A model generated the notes under the pieces. The model made no database searches. It had not been told where the DNA came from and worked only from the letters and a program-made list of their open reading frames with translations. Both the position numbers and the translations under genes were made by a program. From Monocercomonoides exilis PA203 (Eukaryota > Protista > Preaxostyla), in contig LSRY02000061.1 of the NCBI GenBank assembly GCA_001643675.2, positions 186,001-250,000 on the forward strand: a stretch of 64,000 bases of DNA, given 5' to 3'. Below, in pieces: positions 42,552 through 54,082 of this stretch (positions are counted from its first letter, which is position 1; each line of letters opens with the position of its first letter).

Positions 42552-43976
42552 TTAAAAAAAGAAGAATGGATAATGTATATGATAATGCTCAGCTGAAATT
42601 CTTAGGTTTGGACGTGTATTCCTCATATTATGCTCATTGTGATTGAAATAATATTTCTGATTCGCTCCAAGTCTTATTGGCATCGTCCTTTTTCCCTGCC
42701 AAAAAGGATCAATTTCCTTCTCTTGAGGCACTGCTTCAATAAGATCGTGTATCCCTGATTCTTCCAAAGCGTCTTCCAGTTTACAATAAAGAACCGTTCC
42801 AGAGTCATCTTCTTTTTCAACTTCTTCTTCATCCTCAGGAAAATGCACTCCGTCATATTTCTCCAATTCGAGTAGGGTCCTTGGTTTTGAAAAGGTTTGA
42901 GGAATGCATTCCTCTTTCTCCAAATTAGAACGTGTGCCCCATCTGTCAAAAAGATAATGAATAGGTCGTCTCAAAATCAGATCAGGTTTCTTTTTAATTT
43001 TCTGAATCTCTTTGTTTATTGGCTCTATCAACATGAGGCGAAGAATACGTGACGGAAGTGCGTAAACGAGGCAAGCTTCTCTTATCTTAAGAATTCCTTC
43101 AGTAAGAAAATTTTGGGAGCAGATTGTCTGATCAGCCATCCAATCTGCCAAGCTCAGAATATAACCCATCTCGAACGCAAACGGGAGCTCTTTGAGAACG
43201 CTCACCAGAACTGTGGCCACGACAAACGATATCATGATTGGCACAGATTCCAAAGAAGACGGATAGAATAGACTGCTTGGAGGATACTCAGCATGCATCG
43301 GAGCGCATAATCGGAAGCGGCGTGATATCTTGTTCACGAGAAATCCAAAGAAAGGCCGAAGAACAATTAAATCTGCATTTTTCTTGCTTGAAACAATTGC
43401 TGATATAATGCAATTCATGTTGTGGTTAAAACGATAGGCAGTCAAGGAATAATGATACGGCTGTATACTTTGATCGGTATCATCAAGTCGCTTTAATAAA
43501 AAGGTTGATCTATTGTTAAATAAAACTTTCGAAGCTTGATGCAAAGAAACTGTAAATCCAAATGACAATGCTTCCATATAATATTTTTGTGCCACATCGT
43601 AATCACTTCCTGTCAAACATTCGTCAATATCAGGTTCAAAAGAAGTCAGACAAAGATCGTTTGGAAATGCCTTACATAATTTATTTGACTCCGCATCTCC
43701 TTCAAACAGATAGCATCGCATTCCTCTTGAAAAGGTCAATTGTGGTTGTTTCTGCAGATTGGCTTCTGCCATTTCCTTTTCGATCAAAGGGAGATCCGCT
43801 ACGATCTGCTTTTCGACAGAAGGCAAGCAGCGTAGTAGAGCTGAATCAGGCATAACCATGAACAATAATTCAATGCAGCACCCTGCCAAGGTATAAAAGC
43901 GGTTCAACGGAAAACTACAATTGAGTATTGGCAATAAAAAACAAAATGAATTTTCAGTAAACATAATTGAATTCAT
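42552..43976 (-). CDS. Large exon of a hypothetical multi-exon protein (probably the same gene as 44129..45670; more exons likely down to ~41800)
   Basis: 474-codon ORF with protein-like composition. Both ends run into T-rich intron-like sequence (ends YPFFFF*). No recognisable motif. Confidence 0.6.
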   Translation of the reverse strand: MNSIMFTENSFCFLLPILNCSFPLNRFYTLAGCCIELLFMVMPDSALLRCLPSVEKQIVADLPLIEKEMAEANLQKQPQLTFSRGMRCYLFEGDAESNKLCKAFPNDLCLTSFEPDIDECLTGSDYDVAQKYYMEALSFGFTVSLHQASKVLFNNRSTFLLKRLDDTDQSIQPYHYSLTAYRFNHNMNCIISAIVSSKKNADLIVLRPFFGFLVNKISRRFRLCAPMHAEYPPSSLFYPSSLESVPIMISFVVATVLVSVLKELPFAFEMGYILSLADWMADQTICSQNFLTEGILKIREACLVYALPSRILRLMLIEPINKEIQKIKKKPDLILRRPIHYLFDRWGTRSNLEKEECIPQTFSKPRTLLELEKYDGVHFPEDEEEVEKEDDSGTVLYCKLEDALEESGIHDLIEAVPQEKEIDPFWQGKRTMPIRLGANQKYYFNHNEHNMRNTRPNLRISAEHYHIHYPFFFF

Positions 43977-44128
43977 AGTTAAAATATGACTTCAATCTTT
44001 GAACAGAACAGCAAACTTCATAATTCTGCTCAGCCGATCTTTCAATGTTATAATCAACTGATCTTGTGCTGGTCGAATGTTGCCTTCACTCTTTACTTCA
44101 TCTATTAGAAAGATGACACGAAAAATTT

Positions 44129-45670
44129 TTAAAAAAAAAAGTAAATATCAACTAAAAATATCATACAAGCTTTTTTCAAGCAATGTGCTATTGTCAAAAG
44201 TGTTTTTTGAATCTGCTTCATAAAATCTGTTGTGTCGTATGGCGTCAACGGTATGCTCTTCTCGCAATTAAAATAACTGTCAATATCTGCGAAAACTTTA
44301 GCATCGGAATTGTCATAATCATCATCATCATCGCTAGCATTCTCTTGTTCACCCAATTCTGTTTTGCCCTTTAGTATGGATGAATATTTCGCTATTCTTT
44401 TTCTTTTCTCTTCCTCTTTCTCTTCTTCATCTGAAGATTCACTATCCATTTCTTCTTCCTTTGTATTTTTCTTTACTTTAAGCTCTTCCATTTTCTGAAA
44501 AAAATACTTGTCTTCCACTCCATCAGGCAACTTCAGCCCTTCCGAGAGAACTGAAAGAATCTTCCATTGAAGCGGATCCATATAAGAAGCACCTTCAAAC
44601 AAGAAGAATACATGAGCAGCTTCAAGACGCAGTGGCAAAGGAAGATATTGTTCATCCTCTTTTGTCGAAGGATCAGAAGAATGCTCTTCAGTTGGAGAAG
44701 ATGCAGAATGAATTGATGCATTTTGTTCATCGTCAATGATAATTACATCTTCATCATTGGAAGTCTTTGTCTTCTGCATTTTCTGACTACGTTTTGCTCC
44801 TGTTTGTTTTCTTTTGTTGTTCTTTGTTTGTGGTTCATTAGTCTTCTTAGCTTCTGGCTTCTCTATTTGCTTTTCTTTGTCTTCAACACGGACATCGCTA
44901 ATCATGAAATATTCTTTCATAACCGCTTCTTCTCCGAGTTCCAGACTCAACTTATCAAATATCTGTGGATCTTTAACATATTTCTCGAATGATTGAATTC
45001 TCTTCCGCATTCCCATCACTATTTCAAGAAGAGCAAATTTCAGGCAATATTCTTTCAATTTTTTGGAAATTACTTCGTAAGGCTGAAATGTCACATGATC
45101 CAACTTGGTCATAAAATGCAAAATGGTATTTAAAGCAATGTGGATCCCCTCAAGTAAATTACATTGCACCAGAATTGTTTGAATTCCTTCAAATAAGCCC
45201 TGATTAACAATATCCAAAAGTTCGGTTTTCCCAGCAATTGAAACCAAATGAAATAATAATTTTCCCAAAATAGTTAAAGTTTCATCGTTTTCTGCTGCGT
45301 TAATTCTGATGACAATCGCAGGAATCAACTTTCCATCCTTGATTACTTCATGTAACAAAGGCGAAGTCTGAAATTGTGAAACTGCGATGGTTCTTCTTAA
45401 GTCTTGATTACATTCAAATATGTATTGCTCTCTACTGTTTACAGCGATATTTTTATAATTTAAAGATCGGAAATTTTCTGAAAACGATTCAGGATTCAAA
45501 ATTATCTCCAAAATTGAGCCATATATTCCCACCTCTTTTTCGCTATTCGCAGAGTATAAAACAATGTAACCAGCATTCAGCAATGTATGCAATATTCTTG
45601 CTGGAATTACATCTATTGTCCCTCGGTATTTCATGATTATTTCATGAATTTCTTTGTAAACGTCAAGCAA
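44129..45670 (-). CDS. Large exon of a hypothetical helical (possibly ARM/HEAT-like) protein
   Basis: 513-codon ORF with an amphipathic Leu/Ile-rich N-half, a basic NLS-like patch KNNKRKQTGAKRSQK and acidic tracts. It has no ATG start and ends in intron-like VDIYFFF*, so it is probably an internal exon. Confidence 0.6.
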   Translation of the reverse strand: MLDVYKEIHEIIMKYRGTIDVIPARILHTLLNAGYIVLYSANSEKEVGIYGSILEIILNPESFSENFRSLNYKNIAVNSREQYIFECNQDLRRTIAVSQFQTSPLLHEVIKDGKLIPAIVIRINAAENDETLTILGKLLFHLVSIAGKTELLDIVNQGLFEGIQTILVQCNLLEGIHIALNTILHFMTKLDHVTFQPYEVISKKLKEYCLKFALLEIVMGMRKRIQSFEKYVKDPQIFDKLSLELGEEAVMKEYFMISDVRVEDKEKQIEKPEAKKTNEPQTKNNKRKQTGAKRSQKMQKTKTSNDEDVIIIDDEQNASIHSASSPTEEHSSDPSTKEDEQYLPLPLRLEAAHVFFLFEGASYMDPLQWKILSVLSEGLKLPDGVEDKYFFQKMEELKVKKNTKEEEMDSESSDEEEKEEEKRKRIAKYSSILKGKTELGEQENASDDDDDYDNSDAKVFADIDSYFNCEKSIPLTPYDTTDFMKQIQKTLLTIAHCLKKACMIFLVDIYFFF

Positions 45671-46962
45671 TTGCTGAGATTTTGAAAACTTTGGACTATT
45701 GGATAAAAAATAAAGAAAGAAAGAGATGGAAGCAAAATAGTCGCAAACGTCAACTTATTAGATAACTCTTCCAATCTATCAATCACTTTGATAAGATATT
45801 CGTCAAAAAAGCAATAATCGAATGAAATTTATTAAAAATCAACAAATAACAAACATGGACTTTTTTCTTCAAGTACTTGGAAATTCTAACTTTTTAAATT
45901 TTCATTTGAGTCAATTTATAAAAGCAAATTATTTGAAAAAAGCAGATAAGTGGTCAAAATAACCATATTCAAAATTATTTCATCGAAAAGGTTGCCTCAA
46001 AAAACTTAATAATAATTGCAACGCAAACTCCTGCAGCAAGTTTTATTTCTTTGCCTTTACTTATCGCTTCTTTTAACAAAAACATAAAAAATTATCTTGT
46101 TTATGGGTCTCATCAAATTCACTAATTTTTTTTAAAACTTTGCAAAGAATTTTTGTCAAGAAAACAATGAAAAAATCTATTCTGTATTTTTTTGAAATCA
46201 TAACAGATGTTTTTATACTAAACTTTGGAATTTTAATAGATTTTCATTTTTATATTTTCCAATTCTCCAAAAAATCGTCCTAACATTTAATTTCTAAAAT
46301 CATATTTCAATTATATATGATAATATTAAAATATAGCGTGTTAAGTAAAAGATAAAAAAGATAAAATAAATCTTAGCTGTTTTGAAAAGAAGAAAAAAAT
46401 TTTTCGTGTTTTTTTTCATGTTTACACTTGCAAATAAAGTTATGAAAATAGTTGAATGGTTAAATCAGTCAAGATGAATACCATAATTTTTCACATGTAT
46501 ATTGCGATTGTTCCTTTTTTGCGCTTCCATTTTCAATGTGATAATTGGAAAGAATTTCTTAGTCATTCGTTTTTTCAGCCATTTCATTTAGCAATTTTTG
46601 GTTCAACAATGTGCAATTGCATTTTTTATTCTGATATCGAAGAAATATGCTGATTTACCATCAAAAAATTTTCAGTTTGTGTCCAAATAAGTGTTGTTTT
46701 TTCCAACTGAAACAATTATTCATTTCATCAAAAAATAAAATAAAATAAAATAAAACTTGAATTATTTTTTGTGTTCACAATTTTGTTAATTTGATTCTGT
46801 TTGAAATAAATATTTCTATTTATTTTTTCCTTTTATTTTTATCCATAAAATTCCTTTAAAAATAAAAATATGTTACTAAAAGAGAAACTCCTTCTTTAAA
46901 TGGTGCGATGTGAATTTAAAAAACACTACTAAAGCTTATGACATCAACTTAAAACAAACCAG

Positions 46963-49900
46963 TTATGCAGATGACTGTTTTTCTTCAATTAACTTTTGAA
47001 AATCAGAATTTGACTTAAGTTTCTCGCTTGAATAATCGCATGCTGGTTTCTTTTGATTGTACTCGTTCTTTTTAAGCCAATTCAGTAAATCTACTGCTTC
47101 GTCAAATTGAGTGAATCCTTTTCCACTTGAAGAAGAAGAAGATGTTTGAGAAGAAGAAGAAGAAGAAGAAGGTGATGCAGCAGTGTCATCTGAGGGAGAA
47201 GCAGAAGGTGCAGCTGGGGTGAATGGAAAGTGTGGCGAAGACTCCTTCAAAGAGCGCTGCCACTCGTCCACCGCCTCCTTCACACGGGAGGGAGCATACG
47301 CTCTCGCAAAAAAGGCTGCCTCGGCATATCTCCCTGCGCCAAGCAGCAGGTCCACACACGCATCCACCTTCCGCTGGAGGAACAAGGTGAAGAAGGCGGT
47401 GTTGTCTTCGCCTTTTGCAAGCGCTGCTTTCCCCACCATCTTCACAAGCGATGCATCGCCATTGCACGAAGACAGCAGAAACAGCGAGGACAGATCCTGC
47501 GCTTCTGCATAGCACCTCTCAGCCACTGCAAACTTCCCTTCGCGAAGTGCTGCATCTCCAACACGCTTCCAGCGCTGTCTTTGCGCAGATTCGTTCAAAA
47601 GAGCAAATGAAGATGCTGACGAGGCTGATGACTGTTTTGCCTGTCCTGAAGCATCTTGCGCTGCAGATGATTTCGAGCTTGTCTGCGCTTTCTCTGTCGT
47701 TGTGCTCTGCTGCTCTTCCATTGCTCTTTGTGCTGTCTCCATCATCAGCACTGCCTTCTCCAGCATCCCCGCCCCCAGCGCCAGATCCAGCCTCAGATCC
47801 AAATCCTCCGCAATTGAGAGGGCAAGTGCTTTCCTGTCGGCTGTCTCCAAAAAGCGCGCTGCGGCGTTTCTCAGCTCAGCCGTGTTCAGCCGCTGGAAGT
47901 ATCTTTCTCTGATTTCGTCGTCGCTCATGTCGCTCGCCACTGCGCACTGCAGATCCAACACAGGCGCAAAAAGCGGGAAGCGCCAGATGGCCAGCGACTT
48001 TGTGATTAAATAGACAGCGTTTTCGCTGCGGGCATACCGCAGAATGTACGACAGAGAGTCCAGATGCGCTACAACACTCATGTGTGTCCCCACAAGTGTG
48101 CAGAGGCGGTTGTCTGCTGTGTTGAATATCAGAGCATCGCCTTCCCAGATAACACTTTTCACCTTCTCCACCTCTTCGTGCACAACTGTGAATATGTCTT
48201 CTCCTTCCTCTTCCTCGTCGTCCTCGCTCCTTCCTCCACTCAAAGCATGCTTTACAGCATTCTGGTTCACTTCGAGAATAAACATCGACTCCGAGCACAC
48301 AATCGCCACAAGTGTGCCTTCTTTGTTCCAGGCTATCTTTTTGGCCTCCGCGTCAATGCGCTCCAGCGGCTGCCCGCTCTCCCAGTCGTAGAAGCACACC
48401 TCCTCTGCCGAGCACACCGCAAGCATCTCTCCACCAAAGATGCGCTCTGCGGTGATTGCCGTGTCCAGCGTCCGCTCATCGGTGAAGTTGCTGTGGAGCA
48501 CAACTCGATTGCCTCCTCGCTTGCCGCTGCTGTCTCTCGTGGCAAACACGTTGTTTTCTCCTTTGCTCGCCCACACCAGCTCCTCTGCGCTGCCATATGC
48601 CACGTTCTTTGCCTGCCTCGCAGTGTACACCACAAACGACCCGCCGCCTGTCACAGCCACAAAACGAGCGTTGGGCGAGTGCAGAATGGCAGTAGGGTAG
48701 AACTCGCAGCTGGTCATCGGCTTCGCCTGCACAGAAAGCACCTCTCCGACACGCGGCGGGGGAGGGTAGACAACTTCAGACTCGAATTCTGCTGAAGAAG
48801 GCGTGGCAGATGAGGAAGGCATGGCTGAGCGTGCAACAGGAATGACAGGCGTCACGTGCTCCAGCTGTGTGTGCTTTGCCCAGATGATTTTGCCAGACGA
48901 GTCTGAGCTGAAGATCGGTCGCTCGTGGCCAAGCTTCAGCAGCGCTACTCCTTCGTCTGCGCCGACAGCTATCTTGTTTGACTCTGTTGACACTGCCATG
49001 CACCATAGCCTGCCCATGTCGTATTCGAGTGTGGACTCCAGTTGATACGACAGAGACGACCACACGCGAACAGTCCGATCCTCTAAGTGCATTTAGTTCA
49101 GCGAGAAAGTGAGAGAATTCATATTTATAAGAAAAGAAATGAAACAACATTCAGTTCAAAAATAATTATATTGAATGAATGTGTGTTCAATTTTGAAAAC
49201 AGAGAATTTTCAATTTATCAAAGTTCCATTAAAATAAAATAAATATTCTCAAATTAAATAAAAATCAAACCAGATCCAGTTATGATTACAGGCAAATGAG
49301 GATGATACATGCAAAAACTGATGTTATCCAGATGTCCTTCTAAAGTCGCAACGCATGTCTTTGTTTGATAATCCCATACCTTCACCTTTCTGGAATTTTT
49401 GATTAAAAACGCAAACAGAAAAGAAAGTAGATGAAATTTTAGTTTCAGAAAATATAAATATAAATAACTTACCCATCGTCTCCACCTGTAATAAGATGTG
49501 ATTTGTCCAGTCCAGGGTAAAAACTTGCAAAATTGGCACCTTGCTCGTGCGCCGGAAGTGAAAATTGAGGTGCAGATGAATTTAAGTTCCAAATCTTTAA
49601 TTTTTATATATTTTGTTAAATGAAATTGAAATTTTATTCATTCAAACTTTAACAGTCCCATCCACAGATGAAGTCAGAAAGATATTTGGATCTTTTGGAC
49701 TAAACACAACAGACATCACAAAATGTGTATGTCCTGAATATGTATTGATGCATGACCAATCCTTTTCCCAATCCCAACACTAATAAAGATAAAAAAAAGA
49801 GAGAGAAAGAAAGAAAGAAAGCACGGGAGAAATGTTTGAACTTGTTTATAATGGAATGAAAAAAAATTATCCTAACCTTCACCGTATAATCGTCTGAAGA

Positions 49901-50354
49901 AGTTAAGACATATGGTTGGGTTGGATGAACAGCAATCCAACGGACATAATCACGATGCGCTTCAAATTTCCGAATCAACTCACTTGTGTTATAATTATAA
50001 ACTCGAACAAAATTATCGTCACATCCAACAACGATCCAATTTTTCCGCGGTATCCATTTGCCACATCTAATTGGTACGTCTGATATTTCAATTGATTTAT
50101 ATAACTCCTAGAAAACATTTATTACTTTATTTTTAAAACAAAACATAATTACACTACCTCTTTTTCGTAATTCCATATTAAAATTGATCCACTGTAAAGT
50201 GTGGTTAAAAGCCATGGTTCGGTTGGATGGAGATCAACAGATTTGACCCTATCCGAACGTGCAGAAAATTTTTTCTTTAAAATGAACGTTTAACAGAAAA
50301 TCAAAAATTAGCAGAAAAGATATATCTTTATCACACTTGCACAGACTGTGGCAT
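46963..50354 (-). CDS. SEC27: Coatomer subunit beta' (COPI; SEC27/COPB2), 7 exons
   Basis: The spliced translation is MPQSVQ|[23 protein letters not shown]..|..[33 protein letters not shown]|..[24 protein letters not shown]..|[13 protein letters not shown]|[30 protein letters not shown]|[40 protein letters not shown], diagnostic of beta'-COP. Six GT-AG introns, e.g. 50336..50275 and 50157..50108. Confidence 0.97.
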
Positions 50355-50598
50355 AAATAAAAGAAATCTGCTCTTTACGAACTTATAATGTGATTTTTGA
50401 TCAAAATAGAAAAATATTTAATTAATTTTTGTTAAACTATTCCCTTTAAAAAAAAACATTGAATAAAATGTAAGGGCTAAATGTTTTTTTTTGTTGGGTT
50501 TGAAAAGAAAGTTATGAACGATCATTAAGTGTGAAATTTTGAAAAAAAACTTTATTCCTTTTTAATTTTGCTTAATCAACAAAGTTGAAATAAACAAA

Positions 50599-50634
<36 letters not shown>
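50599..50634 (+). repeat. (AAT)12 microsatellite
   Basis: Perfect trinucleotide run in intergenic DNA. Confidence 0.9.
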
Positions 50635-50640
<6 letters not shown>

Positions 50641-51097
50641 CAATAACTTACTATTGTTTTTTGATGAATTGAATGTTGAATATATTTCACTGTTTTTGAA
50701 GAATTAATTTTTCGCAATTGAAACTTTTTTATTGGTGTTGATAATAAAAAAGTTGTAACAAATTTGCAGAATATTTTTCCTTTCAATGTGTCAATCTTAT
50801 TCAAATCAAAGAAACATTTAAATGAGTTAATTGTTTGTTAATTCATTTGAAACAAATAAAATTTTCGGGTTGAGGAATGATAAAAAAAAAATGAAATAAA
50901 AAACAGCATGATTTTTTTTTTTGATGAAATACTCTCTTTTGAAAAATATAAATGTGACCTTCGCATAGGAAGCATTTACAAAAACACATCAATCGAATAT
51001 TTTTGAATAAAATATTTGTATTATTCTTCTTGAAAAGCCACAAATATTAAATCCAAAAATGAATAAAAGTTCTTATTTTAGATCATATTCACCAAAA

Positions 51098-51200
51098 ATA
51101 ATTCTAATTCGAAAAAAAAAAATACAATTTCGTAATTAATATTTCAATTTCGAAAAAAAATAATTCGAATTCGGAATTAATAATTCAAAATCGAAGATGA
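51098..51200. repeat. Degenerate tandem repeat, five units of 20-21 bp
   Basis: AA(T/A)(T)TCG cores with the CG at 51110, 51131, 51151, 51172 and 51192 (spacing 21, 20, 21, 20). The first four are followed alternately by an A-tract or AATTAAT. Confidence 0.55.
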
Positions 51201-52691
51201 ATATTTTTTTGGCAAGATGCTACTTTAAGGGCATCCGATTTTTTCATTTAATTCATGAACAAATGGGGGAAAATACGGACTTTCAAGATTTTTTTGCACA
51301 TGGCATTGAAAAATCACTTCACTCATAACTTAAAAAAACTTTATCAGATTTCAAAATTAATTTGATTTTCATTACTGCAAACAAGCACCGTTGATATAAT
51401 AACATAATGTTTTGTGACATCAAAAGTATTTAAAAAAATAAACCCATTTGTATCAAATTTATTGATCTCGAAATATCAATGGAGAGTTCATATTTTTTCA
51501 ATGAAAATGCATGAAGTCTAATTTTTTGTCCCAAATAGTCTCAAAAATAATCCCCAAAATGCACCAAAAGTTATTCAAAGTCGAAATCATTTCAACAAAG
51601 TCATAATAAAAAACAAATATATTCTACAAATAAATGTTAGCCATCAACTGATATTTTTTATTTTTGTTTTTGCTTTCATTTTTTGATTTGTTGAGCTAAT
51701 GTTTTCAAAAGAAATTATTGTTTGCCTCAAAAAAACACATTGACAAAGTGAAAACTTATTTTTACTAATTAGTCACATCTTATAAGAAATGACATTTATT
51801 TTTCAAAAAATAAAATTCAAAAGAAAAGTGTGAATTACGTTATAAGCACATTTCATTGGATATGAAGGTGACCATTTTTGAAGTCAAATTATTGCTGATC
51901 AAATATAAGGTTTGAATATTTGTTTTGAATATTCAAAAATGAACACAAAAAAGTGATAAATCTGTTCTTCGACGCATCTTATATTTTTTCATATCCAACA
52001 TTGGCTTTTGAAATAAGATCATGAATTTCACATTCGGATGAAAATAATTTGGCTAATCACGAAAAACCTTTGTATATTCAAAACACAGAAAATTTTTATG
52101 GTTTGAAAAATAATCATACATGTGGAAAAAATTTTTTTCATTTACAATTATTTGACAAACAATATTTTCACTAATATGTGGAAGTGAAAATTAATCTGCA
52201 TTTGATTCAAAAAAGATTTTTTACATTTGTTCGAAAATTGACTCAAATAATATTGGAAAAAAGATGAAAAATGATAGAAATTTCAAAGTTTGTTTTAATA
52301 ATTTTTAATTAGAATTATTTATGAAACATTTATTGATTTTTATCCTCTAATTGAATAATTGCAGTAATATCCTGGACTTTCCATTTCACTTGTGAGTTTT
52401 TTGATTTTCAATTATCATATGCGTATTAATTTTCTAAAGAAAAATTTGTATTACATGAATTCTTGAGATATCGATAATTTTTTTTTTTGCGTTTTGAAAA
52501 AATTATGATTTGTTTCTAACTTTTTCTGCAATCTAATCATCATAATGAAAATATTTGTAATTAAAAATGTATTGGAAAATTCTAAAATTGAGAAAAATAT
52601 GAGAAAATTTTTTGTGGAATAAAAATCTGAAATCATTAACATCGAAAAAAATATTCATGATAACCATATTTTTATTTCAAAAAATTGGATA

Positions 52692-53804
52692 ATGAACTAT
52701 CTATTTTTTTGTTGCAACATTTTGTTTTTTTCGAATTGGTGCTTGACTGACAATGAAAGCATTGAATGGGAAGTTATGTTGAAAGCTAGAAAGGACAAAT
52801 CTGATTATTTTGCCCCGATGCAGTTTGCAACTTTATTTAGCGATGGAAAGGGAATGCTTCTTTCTGGAGGAGGTTCAGATCTTCATCAGAATACATCCAG
52901 ACCAACTCTTTTTCGTTCATTGGATGATGGGATTAATTGGGCTCCTGTATTTGTTGGAAAGAAGAATCAATTTTCTCTTTATGCATTTCAGGAATTGGCA
53001 AATAAAAAGCTGATTGGAATAGTCCCAGATTCTCTTTTGTATTCTAGTGATTACGGTAAAACTTGGATAGAGAAAGTTATGCCTGGAACAGGATTGTCAA
53101 TGAATCAAGGGAATGGAGTGCTTCTTGTATCAAAAAATCCAAACGAGCTTTACAGAAGCACAGATAACGGTGAAACTTTTAATCGCGTTAGATACTCATA
53201 CGAAAGAGGATGCGACAATTTAAGAGCTATATCTTTTGTTGATGGAGTATTTTACATTGGAGTAGGCGATGAATCTAGTAAAACTTCTCGTCATGCAAGA
53301 GTTTTTCGATCAATTGATCTTGGAATGACATGGACGAAAATTTTCGACCAAACAGGAAGCGGGTCGGAGCCATTTATCGTATTTTCAATTTTTGCAGTGA
53401 ACAAAGATTGTGTATTGATTGGAACAGGGGGAACTGAGCAAGGAAAAGCTTCAATATACAAAACAATTGACGGAGGAAAAAGATGGGCAAAAGTACTTTC
53501 AACGGCAGACATAGATAAATCAATTACCATTGTGAGAAGCTTTTACAGAGATCCAGATAACAAGAGACTTTATGTTCTTCTTGATTGCTCATATGCTTCT
53601 TCGAATCCTTCAAGCGACGAACCAGACAATAACACGAATTCTTGTATTCTTTTTTCAACTGATGAAGGAAATACTTGGAAAATTTTTAGTAAAACGCACA
53701 CAAAGAGATTGTATTGGATGACAAAAACAAAAAGTGGCCACCTTTTATGCTCAACAGGCGAGTATGGTCAAATCCTGCGTTCAGCTCAGTTAGCCCCATC
53801 TTAG
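52692..53804 (+). CDS. Secreted Asp-box (BNR) repeat beta-propeller protein (sialidase/GH74/YCF48-like fold)
   Basis: Intronless 370-aa ORF with a hydrophobic N-terminus. Six Asp-boxes: SLDDGINW, SSDYGKTW, STDNGETF, SIDLGMTW, TIDGGKRW, STDEGNTW. Confidence 0.85.
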   Translation: MNYLFFCCNILFFSNWCLTDNESIEWEVMLKARKDKSDYFAPMQFATLFSDGKGMLLSGGGSDLHQNTSRPTLFRSLDDGINWAPVFVGKKNQFSLYAFQELANKKLIGIVPDSLLYSSDYGKTWIEKVMPGTGLSMNQGNGVLLVSKNPNELYRSTDNGETFNRVRYSYERGCDNLRAISFVDGVFYIGVGDESSKTSRHARVFRSIDLGMTWTKIFDQTGSGSEPFIVFSIFAVNKDCVLIGTGGTEQGKASIYKTIDGGKRWAKVLSTADIDKSITIVRSFYRDPDNKRLYVLLDCSYASSNPSSDEPDNNTNSCILFSTDEGNTWKIFSKTHTKRLYWMTKTKSGHLLCSTGEYGQILRSAQLAPS

Positions 53805-54082
53805 ATTTAAATCAGAAAATACGTTTTGTGAATGTGTTATAAAAACTTATAAATTTGTTTTTTATAATTGTTATAAGCGGTCAACACTTTTTTTTTTGAA
53901 AAATTATTATTATTGTTGTTATCATTATTTTAAGGCATATTTTTTTTATGAAACCTAATGGTGAGAGATTATTATTACAAAATATTTTATAATTTACCAT
54001 AAATTTTGTTTTTATTTTGTTTTTTATTCTTTCTTTCAAGAACATTTTATTGTTGGCTTTTTTAATTGGGACAACAGTAAAG

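Noticed and set aside
51098-51200. Regularly spaced repeats as a CRISPR-like array
   Set aside because: The units are short, degenerate and lack unique spacers. There are no cas genes and the context is eukaryotic.
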